This document shows, piece after piece, positions 13,435 through 26,118 of a stretch of 64,000 nucleotides of DNA; position 1 is the first letter of the stretch; each line of letters starts with the position of its first letter. The notes beneath the pieces are model-generated. The model ran no database searches. It was not told where the DNA came from and worked only from the letters and a program-made list of their open reading frames with translations. The DNA is from Batkoa obscura (Eukaryota). The translations under genes were made by a program, and so were the position numbers. The stretch is taken from NCBI GenBank assembly GCA_030770535.1, contig JASVEC010000016.1, positions 992,001 through 1,056,000 on the forward strand, given 5' to 3'.

Positions 13435-14071
13435 AGTAGAATCAATTGTGGTTAGATGTTTTTGCTTTTTTAATTTGTTGCTAATTTCTTTCATATCGAA
13501 TTTTTAATAAGCTATTATATATGATTTATAAACTCAGTATAAAAGATATTGATAGCAAATTAAAAAAAGTAAAGCCATCTGACCACAACCAGCTTTTATA
13601 TCAATTAATAATCATATTACTATTTTTTGTAAATAAAATACTTTTTAAATATATTCTATTATCATATTAACTAATATTTGATATTATTATTATTTATAGT
13701 CTTTAGATTAAAAAATTATGTTACGATAGCTTAATATTGAAAAGTATTTAAAATAAAAAATTAAATTAATTAAATCATCTTAAAACCTAAACAATAAAGT
13801 AGTTTACCCATCCTTCCATAGTTCATCAATAAGTAATGATAATTATTTTAAAATCAGTAACTTTGAGTATATAAAATCATTAATGATTATAATGAGAATC
13901 AATATTTATTATAGTTCAATTATAGCAACTATTTACAAAGAATTATTTTATAAATCAAGTATAAAAGATTTATATTATAGAATTTATAAATTTTAATCTC
14001 TGTAAAAGTATAAAAATATAAAAATATAAAAATATAAGTTTATATGACTTAAACCAATTATCTAAAAGAAA

Positions 14072-14170
14072 TGGGGATGCTTTTTTTGGCTTCATTACCT
14101 TTCCCATTTTTAAACGCTATTTGAGCAGAAAGATTGTAGTAAAATTCTTAAATAAAAAAGTATATCCCCA
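14072..14170 (+). mobile_element. MITE copy
   Basis: TGGGGATG...TATCCCCA; flanks AA/TA. Confidence 0.9.
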
Positions 14171-14340
14171 TATTCTATTTCAAATAATAATAAATATCAA
14201 CACTTCTAGTATTTGAAGTCAATGTCTCAAATGTCAGAATTATAATTGATAGTTTAATAATTAAAAAATATAGCCTTCCAATTACTGCAAAAAATCAAAA
14301 TGAAGTGCTTTTATACTCTAGATGTACAATTAGTATAATA

Positions 14341-14441
14341 TGAGAGTGTTTTTTTTGACTTCATTACTTTTTCCATTTTTTAAGCGCTATTTAAGCGGAA
14401 AGATTATTAGTAAAATTCTTAAACACAAAAATACATCCCCA
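14341..14441 (+). mobile_element. MITE copy
   Basis: TGAGAGTG...CATCCCCA; flanked by TA/TA. Confidence 0.92.
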
Positions 14442-14471
14442 TATAGTACTGCCAGCTTTTTTGACATCAAG

Positions 14472-14570
14472 TGAGGATGTATTTTTGTGTTTAAGAATTT
14501 TACTAATAATCTTTCCGCTTAAATAGCGCTTAAAAAATGGAAAAAATAATGAAGTTAAAAAAACACTACA
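14472..14570 (-). mobile_element. MITE copy, inverted partner of 14341-14441
   Basis: TGAGGATG...CACTACA; about 70 nt are the exact reverse complement of the previous copy. Confidence 0.92.
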
Positions 14571-14695
14571 AATATTGTCTAATAATAATAATTCTAAAAA
14601 TAGTATATGGATTTCAAGAACTATTTTAATTTAACTATACTTTTTATTGATAAGGTTGTTTTTTTTAATAAATTCAAAATATTATAATTAATATA

Positions 14696-14796
14696 TGGGG
14701 ATGTATTTTTGTGTTTAAGAATTTTACTAACAAATTTTCCGCTTGAATAGCGCTTAAAAGGTGGAAAAAGTAATGAAATCAAAAAAATCATCCCCA
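14696..14796 (-). mobile_element. MITE copy
   Basis: TGGGGATG...CATCCCCA; flanked by TA/TA. Confidence 0.93.
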
Positions 14797-16706
14797 TATT
14801 ATTTCTTTTTTCTTTACATTAAATAACACTTTTAATTAAAAATATTTACTTTTATATCGTAAGTTTATAATACAATTAGAATTTAATTAGCTTCATAGAA
14901 CATACAATACACTTTTAATTATTATCTTCAAACATCTTAAACATTAAAAGATCTAGAAACGTATTGACATAATAGATTATATCTATTTTATACAATGACA
15001 TATTAGTTTACCATTATGGTTTTTATAATAATGGTTTTTGGTTCTTTTGGTCTAGCTCATACTAAGCAGTGATTTGCACCATAACTGCTTGATTTTAAAA
15101 AGAAATAATCTTTAAAGTGCGCTCTTTAGTATTTTTTCCTTTTGCTGCTATTACTTTATATAAAAGAGATCTAATTATTTTATTAATTTAGTTTGAAGTA
15201 AGAAAGCTAAAAATAAAAAACTTTTGGTGATCGGAGTATAATAGTATTAAATCATTTAGAATTAATACTATTCAATTTGTTTTTTCTAAATTATATATTA
15301 TTCGCATTAAAATAAACATATAAATTAAAAATAACAGACCTATAATATAACAATAATCAAAAGTTGTCTATACTAATTTTAGTTAAATATTTTATTTTAT
15401 TTTACTTTGATTCCATTTAATTAATAATTGATAATTAATAATTGATAATTAATAATTAAATTAATATTAATATTCAATAGCTTATTTCTTTGTTTTTATA
15501 TTAAATTTAAAATCTAAACCCAACATTAAATTTGAGACCCAAAAGAAATAGATTTGCTTTGATGCAAGTTCCTACTATCAAGTAATAATTAAAAAATAAT
15601 ATATCAGCTACAAGCACCACACAATGCGACTTATTCAATTCTGGAATAAGAGGGGAACATGGTAAAAAAAATAAGGAAAATAAAGGTGCAATTAAAGTAA
15701 TAAACTAGCTATATTATAGAGTACAATACAAAGATTATATCAAAAACATCACTTTGTTAATAACAAACTTAGGTTTCTTTTTATTAAAATCAAATCATAA
15801 TATTAATTCAAATGGACTTTTGGGGAGGACAATTTAACCTTTTAATTCGATTATGAATGTTCTTGTTTAATTAGAAATTGACCATGAAGTCATTTTGTTT
15901 TAATTTGAATATTAAACTATTGAAACTATGTAAATTTTAACTATTAGTAAGTTAACCTACTGTTTATATTTATATACATATTATAAATAATGGGGTTAAT
16001 TTGAAAGTATGGGGGGAAACCAAGAGAAACAATGAGTAATTAAGTCCAGTTACAAACTGAGATTTTCAAATATGTAGGAAAAACTGACTTAACTGACAAT
16101 TGCCCCTTAATTAACTTTACCCATGTAAAGTAAAATTCAAGCGTGGTAACTTCACTCAACCCCAAAATTTTAATACTAAAGTCATTCTTTTGCCATATGT
16201 TATTCATTTTTTATCCAAATTTGTGCTGCTAAATATTATTTCCTAGCCAAAATTTTCAACTATTTACTTTGTTTTTTTAGGGAACAATAACTTGCCCAAT
16301 AATAGTGGTTAAAGTAGAGCCCTTATTCACTTTCATTGGTTTATGCCATGATCTATGAAAAGAATAGGTCATTCCACCCTCAATCATTGGTAGGACACTA
16401 TCATGAGCTTAATAGAGATGATTTTAATTAAGTTGAGTTACCCACCTCAATAACTTCCCCTTAATTAACTACATGATATATACAATATAAAATAATTTTG
16501 AATTGAAATTTACCTTTGTTCGTTTCTTTCTCTTAATTTTTACTTTTAAGACATCTTAATCAATTATCGTTTTTAACTTCTATTATTAAGTTATAGTATT
16601 AATAGTCAAAGCTTTATCAGCAACAATAATAATAATTGATTAATTGTCCATAAATTACGCTTGCCCTTTTAGAATTATTTAAATAAAATATATAATATAA
16701 TATAAT

Positions 16707-17546
16707 ATGAAATTAAACATTTCCAATATACAATCAATTCAGCCATGTGCTCATAATATGGAATGTAAACAAGCAGGTTGTAATTCCTGTCGAAACTTTA
16801 GTAATGTGGAAGATAACTTATTAAAAATGGATTCTTTATATGGTGCCAGTTTTACTCCATGGTTAAAAAATGAAGAAAATGTCATGGTTACAGCTACTTA
16901 TTTACAACGAGTGTGTAATGAATATTGTTTTCCAAGGATTGTTACAGCTATACGCTGGTTAGAAAAAGGGTGGAAACCAGATTCTACCGCTTGGTTAATT
17001 AAACATATTACTCAACATTGGGGTACAGGCAACCGATGCTCAACAGAAAAAATTGATATAGCTAGAGCTATATTTATACAATGTCTCATGGAACAGTGGA
17101 CAAAACAAAAGAAGGGAGAATTTGTACCAATATTTTTAGATCTAACTTATCCAAATTCAAATCCACGTCGACTAGTATTTTTAAAAACATTATTTGATAA
17201 AATGGATTTTGAAGAATTAACCGAATTATTTTCCATTATGGGTTCAGGGTTAGATTACAGTACTAAAGTAGTTATTCTTCAAATGGCCGCTGGTAGAAAT
17301 AATAAACTTAAAGCTAAACGTCAAGTAGAAACCCATACTACAGAAGAATCACCAAAGAAGACAAAATGTTATGAATCTATACCATCTAATAACTCATTAG
17401 GTTTAGTCATGACATCTGAAGAAAACCATCATATGAATGAGTCTTTAGAAGATATATTTGAAAATGTTAATACCACTAGTATAAATAATATTTCACTAAT
17501 AGATAATACAACCAACTCTAGTATTTATAATAAAACCCTGAATTGA
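16707..17546 (+). CDS. Hypothetical protein (279 aa)
   Basis: 840-nt uninterrupted ORF with coding-like composition in AT-rich surroundings; Cys-rich N-terminus, Trp-rich helical core; no family recognised. Confidence 0.75.
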   Translation: MKLNISNIQSIQPCAHNMECKQAGCNSCRNFSNVEDNLLKMDSLYGASFTPWLKNEENVMVTATYLQRVCNEYCFPRIVTAIRWLEKGWKPDSTAWLIKHITQHWGTGNRCSTEKIDIARAIFIQCLMEQWTKQKKGEFVPIFLDLTYPNSNPRRLVFLKTLFDKMDFEELTELFSIMGSGLDYSTKVVILQMAAGRNNKLKAKRQVETHTTEESPKKTKCYESIPSNNSLGLVMTSEENHHMNESLEDIFENVNTTSINNISLIDNTTNSSIYNKTLN

Positions 17547-19095
17547 TTCCTCTCGCTTTCTCTCTCCTTTGTTGAGTTAATTTCTTTTCTAATTGTAATT
17601 TAATAGTGATTTAGTCTAATTGAATATTATACATTAATCGTAGTATGACATGAAAGGAGTCCAATTTCGATTATAGATGTAATAAAGTTTATTATTTTTT
17701 AAAAGTATTATTACTATTAATTTTACCATTGTTAATTTTATTATTTTATTTTTTATCAAGTATAATTCAAATTCACCCTTTTAGTTATTACATCTTGCTT
17801 CTTTTTAAATTAAAGCCATATAAAAAAACCCGCTGTGTTTTTCTAAGCAGAAAATTTAAAAATGCGCAATTTGATTTGGTTTTAGAAGTGTATGGGTTAT
17901 AAAAAGGCCAATTTTTAATATTAAAATTTTAAAAAGCCTAGATTTATTTAAAAATAAAAGTTAAAAATAGCATTAAGGGGAGAAACTTAAAGCCATAAAA
18001 CTTAGTATACCCATTTATAAGGTAATTAAAATGACAAACTATGAAATCTATTATTAAAACATATTAAATTTTATTATTGGATATTTAATATTAAAAAATA
18101 AAGTATGCTTTTTTTATCTTTGAAAATCTATAAATAATTGTTATATAAAATAAATTGATTTTTTGACTGCAAGATAAAATTTTCATTTTTCTTTCTCCTT
18201 TCATTTTCTCCTTTTTTCTTTTGAGATTATTTAATACTCCTGCTTAACATTAATAAATTTATTCACACCATGCTTTCCATTATTACTTTATCTTTATATG
18301 TAACTTGTGTTATATTTACTATTTAATTCTATCATTCTCATACTATCCGATTATTACTTTCAAACTTATTATTTGAATTTCTAAACAATTCATAAAAAGG
18401 CGTTTTTACAGAGGATCTGATTTTTATCTTAAAAAGTTTACAAACCTTAATATTTTATTTTTTCTATCAATTGAAATACTTAAAATTTTATACATACATT
18501 AATTGAAACATTTATATTAAAAAATACGTATAATGCGTAACTCGTTTAGTAGTGTGCTCAACATATAATGAGAGGAATATTTTACAATATGGTGTATAAA
18601 GCAACTTGTATAATTTATACTACAGCTATATTATTAGCTGTCAATAAATTTATAATAAAATATGATAAGTTGAATGACAGTATTAAATTTAGCAGTATAG
18701 TTATAGAATAGTATTTTACAAAATCAACAAAATATATTTGAGTATGTATTTATTTTCAGTAAATTACAAACTTTTTAAATTTTGTTCTACAAAAAATGAT
18801 TAAAAAACATACTATCTTTTAAAATCTCAAATCAAGGCAAAACTCCTAAGTGTCTTACCATTAAAAGTTTGAAAATTTAAAGATAAGCTAAGCACTAGAT
18901 AGATCAAAGTAAATATAATGTGATATAATAACAAAAAGACTAAAAAAGGGGAGAAAACACTTGATCCAAGATATCATTTTACTTTCAAATTCCACAATGA
19001 CTCGAAACGAATTCGTAAAACAAACTTAAATAAGAATGACGTCCATGTTTGGGGTATAACTAAAAAAAGGACCTTTGTTGTATTAATGTATTTAA

Positions 19096-19180
19096 GGGCT
19101 CATCACAGAATTGAACTCTGAAGCTCTTTCACCCAAAGTGACAATCACATCACTAGATCACATCACTAGATCACTAAGGC
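19096..19180 (-). pseudogene. tRNA-Pro(TGG) pseudogene with an internal 13-nt duplication
   Basis: Minus strand reads ...GATCTAGTGATGTGATTGTCACTTTGGGTGAAAGAGCTTCAGAGTTCAATTCTGTGATGAGCCC, tracking eukaryotic tRNA-Pro; stems mismatched; ATCACATCACTAG repeated twice. Confidence 0.75.
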
Positions 19181-19485
19181 ATTCATCAAGATCAAGTTAA
19201 TAGTTTATACTGTTTTCATAAATGTCTAGTATTTTAAACATAGAAAATTAACAATGATTTAGAGAAACCGTACAATCCCCGTTCAAGAGTATCTTACCTG
19301 TTTTTCAATCTAACGTTTTATGCTAGTTAATATAATAAAAGGATCTTGATATTGCACTACCATTTCTTTTAAACTTGAAGCTTTTCAAACTAACACAACC
19401 TAGCTTATTTTAAACCATTAAAATTTGAATTAAGTTAAACTTCAACGTAATCAAAAAAGCATCCCTTTTTATTAAAAAAAAACTT

Positions 19486-21843
19486 ATGTTATCACCAAGT
19501 TTTAAAAACAATATCAACCGATTATTCTTCAAAAGACAATTCATAAATTTACCACGATGGACTCATACTAAGACCAACATCCATAAGAAGCCACTGAACT
19601 ATTTTCATCCTTTGTTATTATTAACCAGTGGTTTAACTATAATTTATTATCTTGATACCAACACTTCACTTTTCAGAAAAATAGCATTAAGTTCAATGAA
19701 TACACAAGATATATATAATTTCATCGATTTGTGCCATCAAAACGATTTATTATCTATTGAACGGAAACTCAAAGATCAATATAATTTAAATGAGCCACAT
19801 CAATTAGGATGGTACCCATTGCATGTAGCAGTAGTTAAAAATAACTTAGAATTAACTAAGTTGTTATTGAAATACAAAGCTAATGTAAATTGTGAAGATC
19901 AATTTCAGTTTGCGAATTATTATAAAGGAACATCAAATGCTATGGGATTACATAAAATTATTTTTGAAAGAGAAAGGTTTTGTAATCTGATTCGAGTAGA
20001 CGCTCAAACTTTTGGATTTACGGTAAGTAAAGATTTTAGATTTTAGATAGTAGAAAAAAGGACTTTTTTGATAAATTTTGATTTAACAGCCTTTACATTA
20101 CGCTTGTTTTAATGGAAATTTCGAAATTATTCAATTATTAACAGAACATGGTGCTGATCCTACTAAAATGGATCAGAATGGTTATGTAGCTAAAGATTAT
20201 TTGGATAATAAGTTAAGAGATTATAATAGTATTGTTAATCATTTAAATAGTAATTTGTATATGTAATATATAAAGAAATAAATGAACAGTAATCTTTAAT
20301 TGTTTAGGCGTTGAGAAAAAACAAAAAGAAGATAAAGAGAGGAGGGAAAAAGAAATTAGGAAAAAGTGTAATTTTAAGCTATATTTGTGGAATATTTAGT
20401 TTATTTAATTTTTATTTAGTCCCTATAGAACAACAATTACATGCCAAAATAGTTGGACAAGTAACGCCAATCAATGCTGTAGCTTCAGCAATAAGAAGAA
20501 AAGAGAATGGTAATCATAACATTATAAATAACAATGAAGATGAAAAAAACCCTAATAACTTTCAATTAGGTTGGTATGATGAAGATAAGCCATTAGTATT
20601 CTTATTTTTAGGCTCTTCAGGAGTAGGAAAGACAGAGTTAGCTAAGCAGATAGCTAATTATACGCACAAAAATAATGAAACTAATGGTTTTATAAGAATG
20701 GATATGTCGGAGTTTCAATCAAAACATGAGGTGGCAAAGTTTATTGGATCTCCACCAGGTTATGTGGTAGGATTTTTTATTTCTCTTTTGTTGTTTTCTT
20801 AGTAAGGTTTTTTGCTAGGGCTATGAAGAAGGTGGTCAATTAACCGAAAAATTGAGTCAATGTGAGAGGATATATAAAAACTATACTAATAATATAATAA
20901 TTAAATTTTTAGGTCCAAATGCGGTTGTATTATTAGACGAAGTAGAAAAAGCACATCCAGATGTATTAACTATTATGTTACAGGTATTTGATGAAGGTAG
21001 ATTAACAGATGGAAAGGTAATAAAAATAGTATATTTATTAGTAGTTTATATAATATTTTTATAGGGTACTATTGTAAATTGTAAAGATGCCATTTTTATT
21101 ATGACATCAAATTTAGCTCAACAAGAAATCGCTGAAGAAGCTCAGATTTTAAGAAAAGAAGCTAGGTTAAGGGATTTAGATATTAATAATATTAATAATG
21201 ATAGTAATAATAAGGATAACACAGCTATTGTAAAAGATAGTGATAAGGAGGATAAAAATATGTTTAGTAATTTATATAAAGGCATATATAACAGCAATAA
21301 TAATAAGGAGAATACAGTAAACGTCAATAAAGATAAAAATTCAAATAATGAATTAACAACAATAAATAACAGAACGATTATTCAAGAAAATAAAAATGAA
21401 ATGAAATTAAGTAAAAATTTTATTGATAGTATAATCTATCCAATATTAAGACATCATTTTAAGCGGGATGAATTTTTGGGTAGAATTTCTGAAATTTTAT
21501 ATTTTTTACCATTTGATGAAGTGGAACTAATTACTATTGTTGAAATGGAGCTAAATAAATGGGGAAAAAAGGTATAATATAATATAATATAATATTTATT
21601 CTTATTATTTACTAGGCTAAATCTAAACATAATATAACATTAACATGGAGTCAAGAAGTAATTAAAGAATTAAGTAAGGGCTATAATTATCGATATGGAG
21701 CACGCTCTATCCAACATGAAGTAGAGCAAAGGGTAATCAATGTACTTGCTAAAGCATATGAATTAGATCAAATCAAAAAAGGCAATAAAATATTTTTATC
21801 TTTAAATGAAGAAGCATTAATTCAATTAAATATTGAAAAATAA
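19486..21843 (+). CDS. CLPB: Ankyrin-repeat AAA+ protein, Skd3/CLPB (ANKCLP) orthologue, 9 exons by eye
   Basis: Presequence-like N-terminus; ankyrin repeats [11 protein letters not shown] and [80 protein letters not shown] introns join the exons in frame. Confidence 0.93.
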
Positions 21844-21884
21844 AATAAAGGAATAAAAATAAAATCAATATATATGCTTTTATT

Positions 21885-22373
21885 TTATTTAAAAAAATAA
21901 CTTAATTTAACTAAATTAACCATTTCATACCATTGTTGTTGCTCTATTATATTATTATAAGCTGGTAAATTAATTTTATTTTGTTTATCAGATAGAAATT
22001 GATGAATATCTGAAGAGTTATATTTATAATAATTTAATAATAAAGAAAAAGCAATCTTGGGTTCTTTGTTTATAAATAATAATTTGTTATTTATACATAG
22101 TATTAAAAATGATTTAAAGCTGTTAAAAGCCTCTAATGTATTTAGTTGACAATATTGTTGCATTAAATAGCTGTAGATTAAACTACTATTGATAGTTAAT
22201 TGTTGAATTATATCGGATATCTCATGCTCTTTTTCTTTTTTTTTGAAGTATTGCAAATCGTTGATTTGTGTTATTATTTGCTCTATATGGTTTGTTTCTT
22301 CCTTTGTATTTATATCACACCTTACTCCTGTCTCTAATTCACTAAAACAACCAGTACAGCTATTACAACTCAT
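21885..22373 (-). CDS. Hypothetical protein (162 aa)
   Basis: 489-nt ORF filling the gap between two genes; N-terminal CxxCxxC; no family recognised. Confidence 0.55.
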   Translation of the reverse strand: MSCNSCTGCFSELETGVRCDINTKEETNHIEQIITQINDLQYFKKKEKEHEISDIIQQLTINSSLIYSYLMQQYCQLNTLEAFNSFKSFLILCINNKLLFINKEPKIAFSLLLNYYKYNSSDIHQFLSDKQNKINLPAYNNIIEQQQWYEMVNLVKLSYFFK

Positions 22374-22580
22374 TTCTTTTTAATATTAATAAATTTATAA
22401 ATTAAATTTATTTTAAAGAATAAAAGAAATAAGGTTTTACAATTTAAATTAGTAATTTCAAATACTATTAACTAATTAAAAAATATAACAAGAAATTAAT
22501 AGAAAAACGGACATTTAATTTCTACTCTTCTATTTTTTTTAATCTTATCTTTTCAAATAAAAAAGTTTTAACTATAAACC

Positions 22581-24273
<1,693 letters not shown>

Positions 24274-24534
24274 TTCTTTCCATATTTTTTTATTCTGTTC
24301 TACTATTAAATGAAATAATATACGTTATTAAGTTTTATAAGCTTATTTTTTTTGCCCCACTTCTTTTTTTATAACTGATTGTTTTTAAACTTTGCTATTT
24401 AGACCAATCATCGATCAAGATTAGAATTTCAAAACATTGTAATAAATTAACATTTGTTAAATTCCAAGCTAAAATTAAGGATTATTTTTTTTACATTATA
24501 AAAAACTTTAAAAAATTATAAAAAACTTTAAAAA

Positions 24535-25387
24535 ATGGCAGAGTCTGTAGCCTTAATAGTTGCCGTAGTTATATTGTTTTTAGTATTTCGTTGGGTATTA
24601 GGTAAAAACTTTATAAAAAAGCAGCTATAAAACTCAATCTAGTTTCCATTAATTTTAGGCTCCAATAACAATATACCAGGGGAAAATAATGGACGAGGAG
24701 GTATCAATGGTGTTAGGAGAAGGACTATAACTCCTGATATGGTAATTTATAAATACTTTTATTAGTCTATATTTTAATATTAAACAAAAATTCAACTCTC
24801 AGGTCGAAAGCGTGAAAAACATGTTTCCTGAAGTATCAACAGCAGCTATACAAGCAGATTTAGCATTAACAGGTTCTGTAGAGCTAACATGTGAAAAGAT
24901 TTTAGCCAATGGTGGTTTACCAATGGTAAGAAAAATTTTATTTTTATAAATGAAGTTAATTTTTTATTTTTCTATTTTTTAGCCTGAGCAATTACTACCA
25001 AGAACAGGTAGAACTGCGGGAGATAATACTACTGCTAATGAAATAAATTCTAATACCAATAATAATGACAATAGTTTAAGAAATAGAGGTCAAACTGGAG
25101 TGAATACTGGAGAAGGTTTATCACGTTCAACAAATACTTCGAACAGTAGCGCAGATAGTGTTAATTTAGCCGAAAAATATTTGAGTAATGTAGAAGAAAG
25201 TACTATTGCCGAACCAGTTAAGGAATGGAGTAATGATAGTGAAAAAAGACAAGAATTATTTTTAAAAAGAAAGCAGTTTATGGTATTGGAGGCCAGAAGG
25301 TAAGAAGATAAAATAGTATGTTTATTTGTTATGAAAGTTTATTGACTTTTTATTAGGAAGTTTTTGGAAAATCAAAAAAAGAATTAA
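24535..25387 (+). CDS. ER membrane CUE-domain protein (Cue1/Cue4-like) with C-terminal Ubc7-binding-like helix
   Basis: N-terminal TM segment (VALIVAVVILFLVFRW); CUE motif VKNMFPEV...DLALTGSVELTCEKIL; C-terminal RQELFLKRKQFMVLEARRKF; 4 introns. Confidence 0.82.
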
Positions 25388-25613
25388 ATTTTATATGTTG
25401 GATATTGAATATTATTATCACTTTGTTTATTTTATTCCATGTTTATTATGAAGCTTTGTAATTTTATTATCAAAAATAGTAGTATATATATAAGGTTAAA
25501 GTTTACTTTGTAAGATTAAAACTACATAATATTTTAAGCTTATAAAGTAAAACCAAAAAATAGCTAATTTATGTTAAGTTTAAATAATGTATTTAGCCAT
25601 TTATTAGTCAATA

Positions 25614-25709
25614 TGGGGATGTGTTTTTATGTTTGATAATTTTACTAACAAGTTTTCTGTTCAAATAGCGCTTAAAAGATGGAAAGAGTGAAGCAAAAAG
25701 ACATCCTCA
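25614..25709 (-). mobile_element. MITE copy
   Basis: TGGGGATG...CATCCTCA; flanked by TA/TA. Confidence 0.9.
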
Positions 25710-26118
25710 TATCTTAGATTTTGTAAAAAATGAACATTATTATTATTATTTTATTTTTTTACGATTGAATTTTTATTTTTATTTAAATATTATTTTTTTT
25801 ATAAGACTAAAACTTTATTCAAATCCTTTGATTTTCATTATACTTTTGTATATTAAACTACTTTTCTCATTTCATTTGTCTTATGAAAATGATAATAAAA
25901 GAAAATATTGAAGCTTTACCATATATTAACTATAATCTTAACTTTATAAGCCTTATTATACTAAATAACAAACAAGCTAATTTACCAAAACAACAAAACT
26001 TAGCAGTTGACTTTAACCAATAACATTCTATTTTGTAATTTGAATAACATCACTATCTAAAAAGTTTATAGACAAAATAAACTTTTAAAGCAAATTTTAT
26101 TTTTTAAATAAATACAAA

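Noticed and set aside
12807..14798. Clustered repeats as a CRISPR array
   Set aside because: Units are ~100 bp, in mixed orientation, irregularly spaced and dispersed across the window; eukaryotic context and no cas genes
15415..15470. AT-rich tandem and palindromic stretch (TTAATAATTGATAA repeats)
   Set aside because: Low complexity, expected at this AT content
18960..19350. Words resembling snRNA or snoRNA segments (e.g. ATCTTACCTG) around the tRNA relic
   Set aside because: Only short partial matches with no supporting structure; an Rfam scan would be needed
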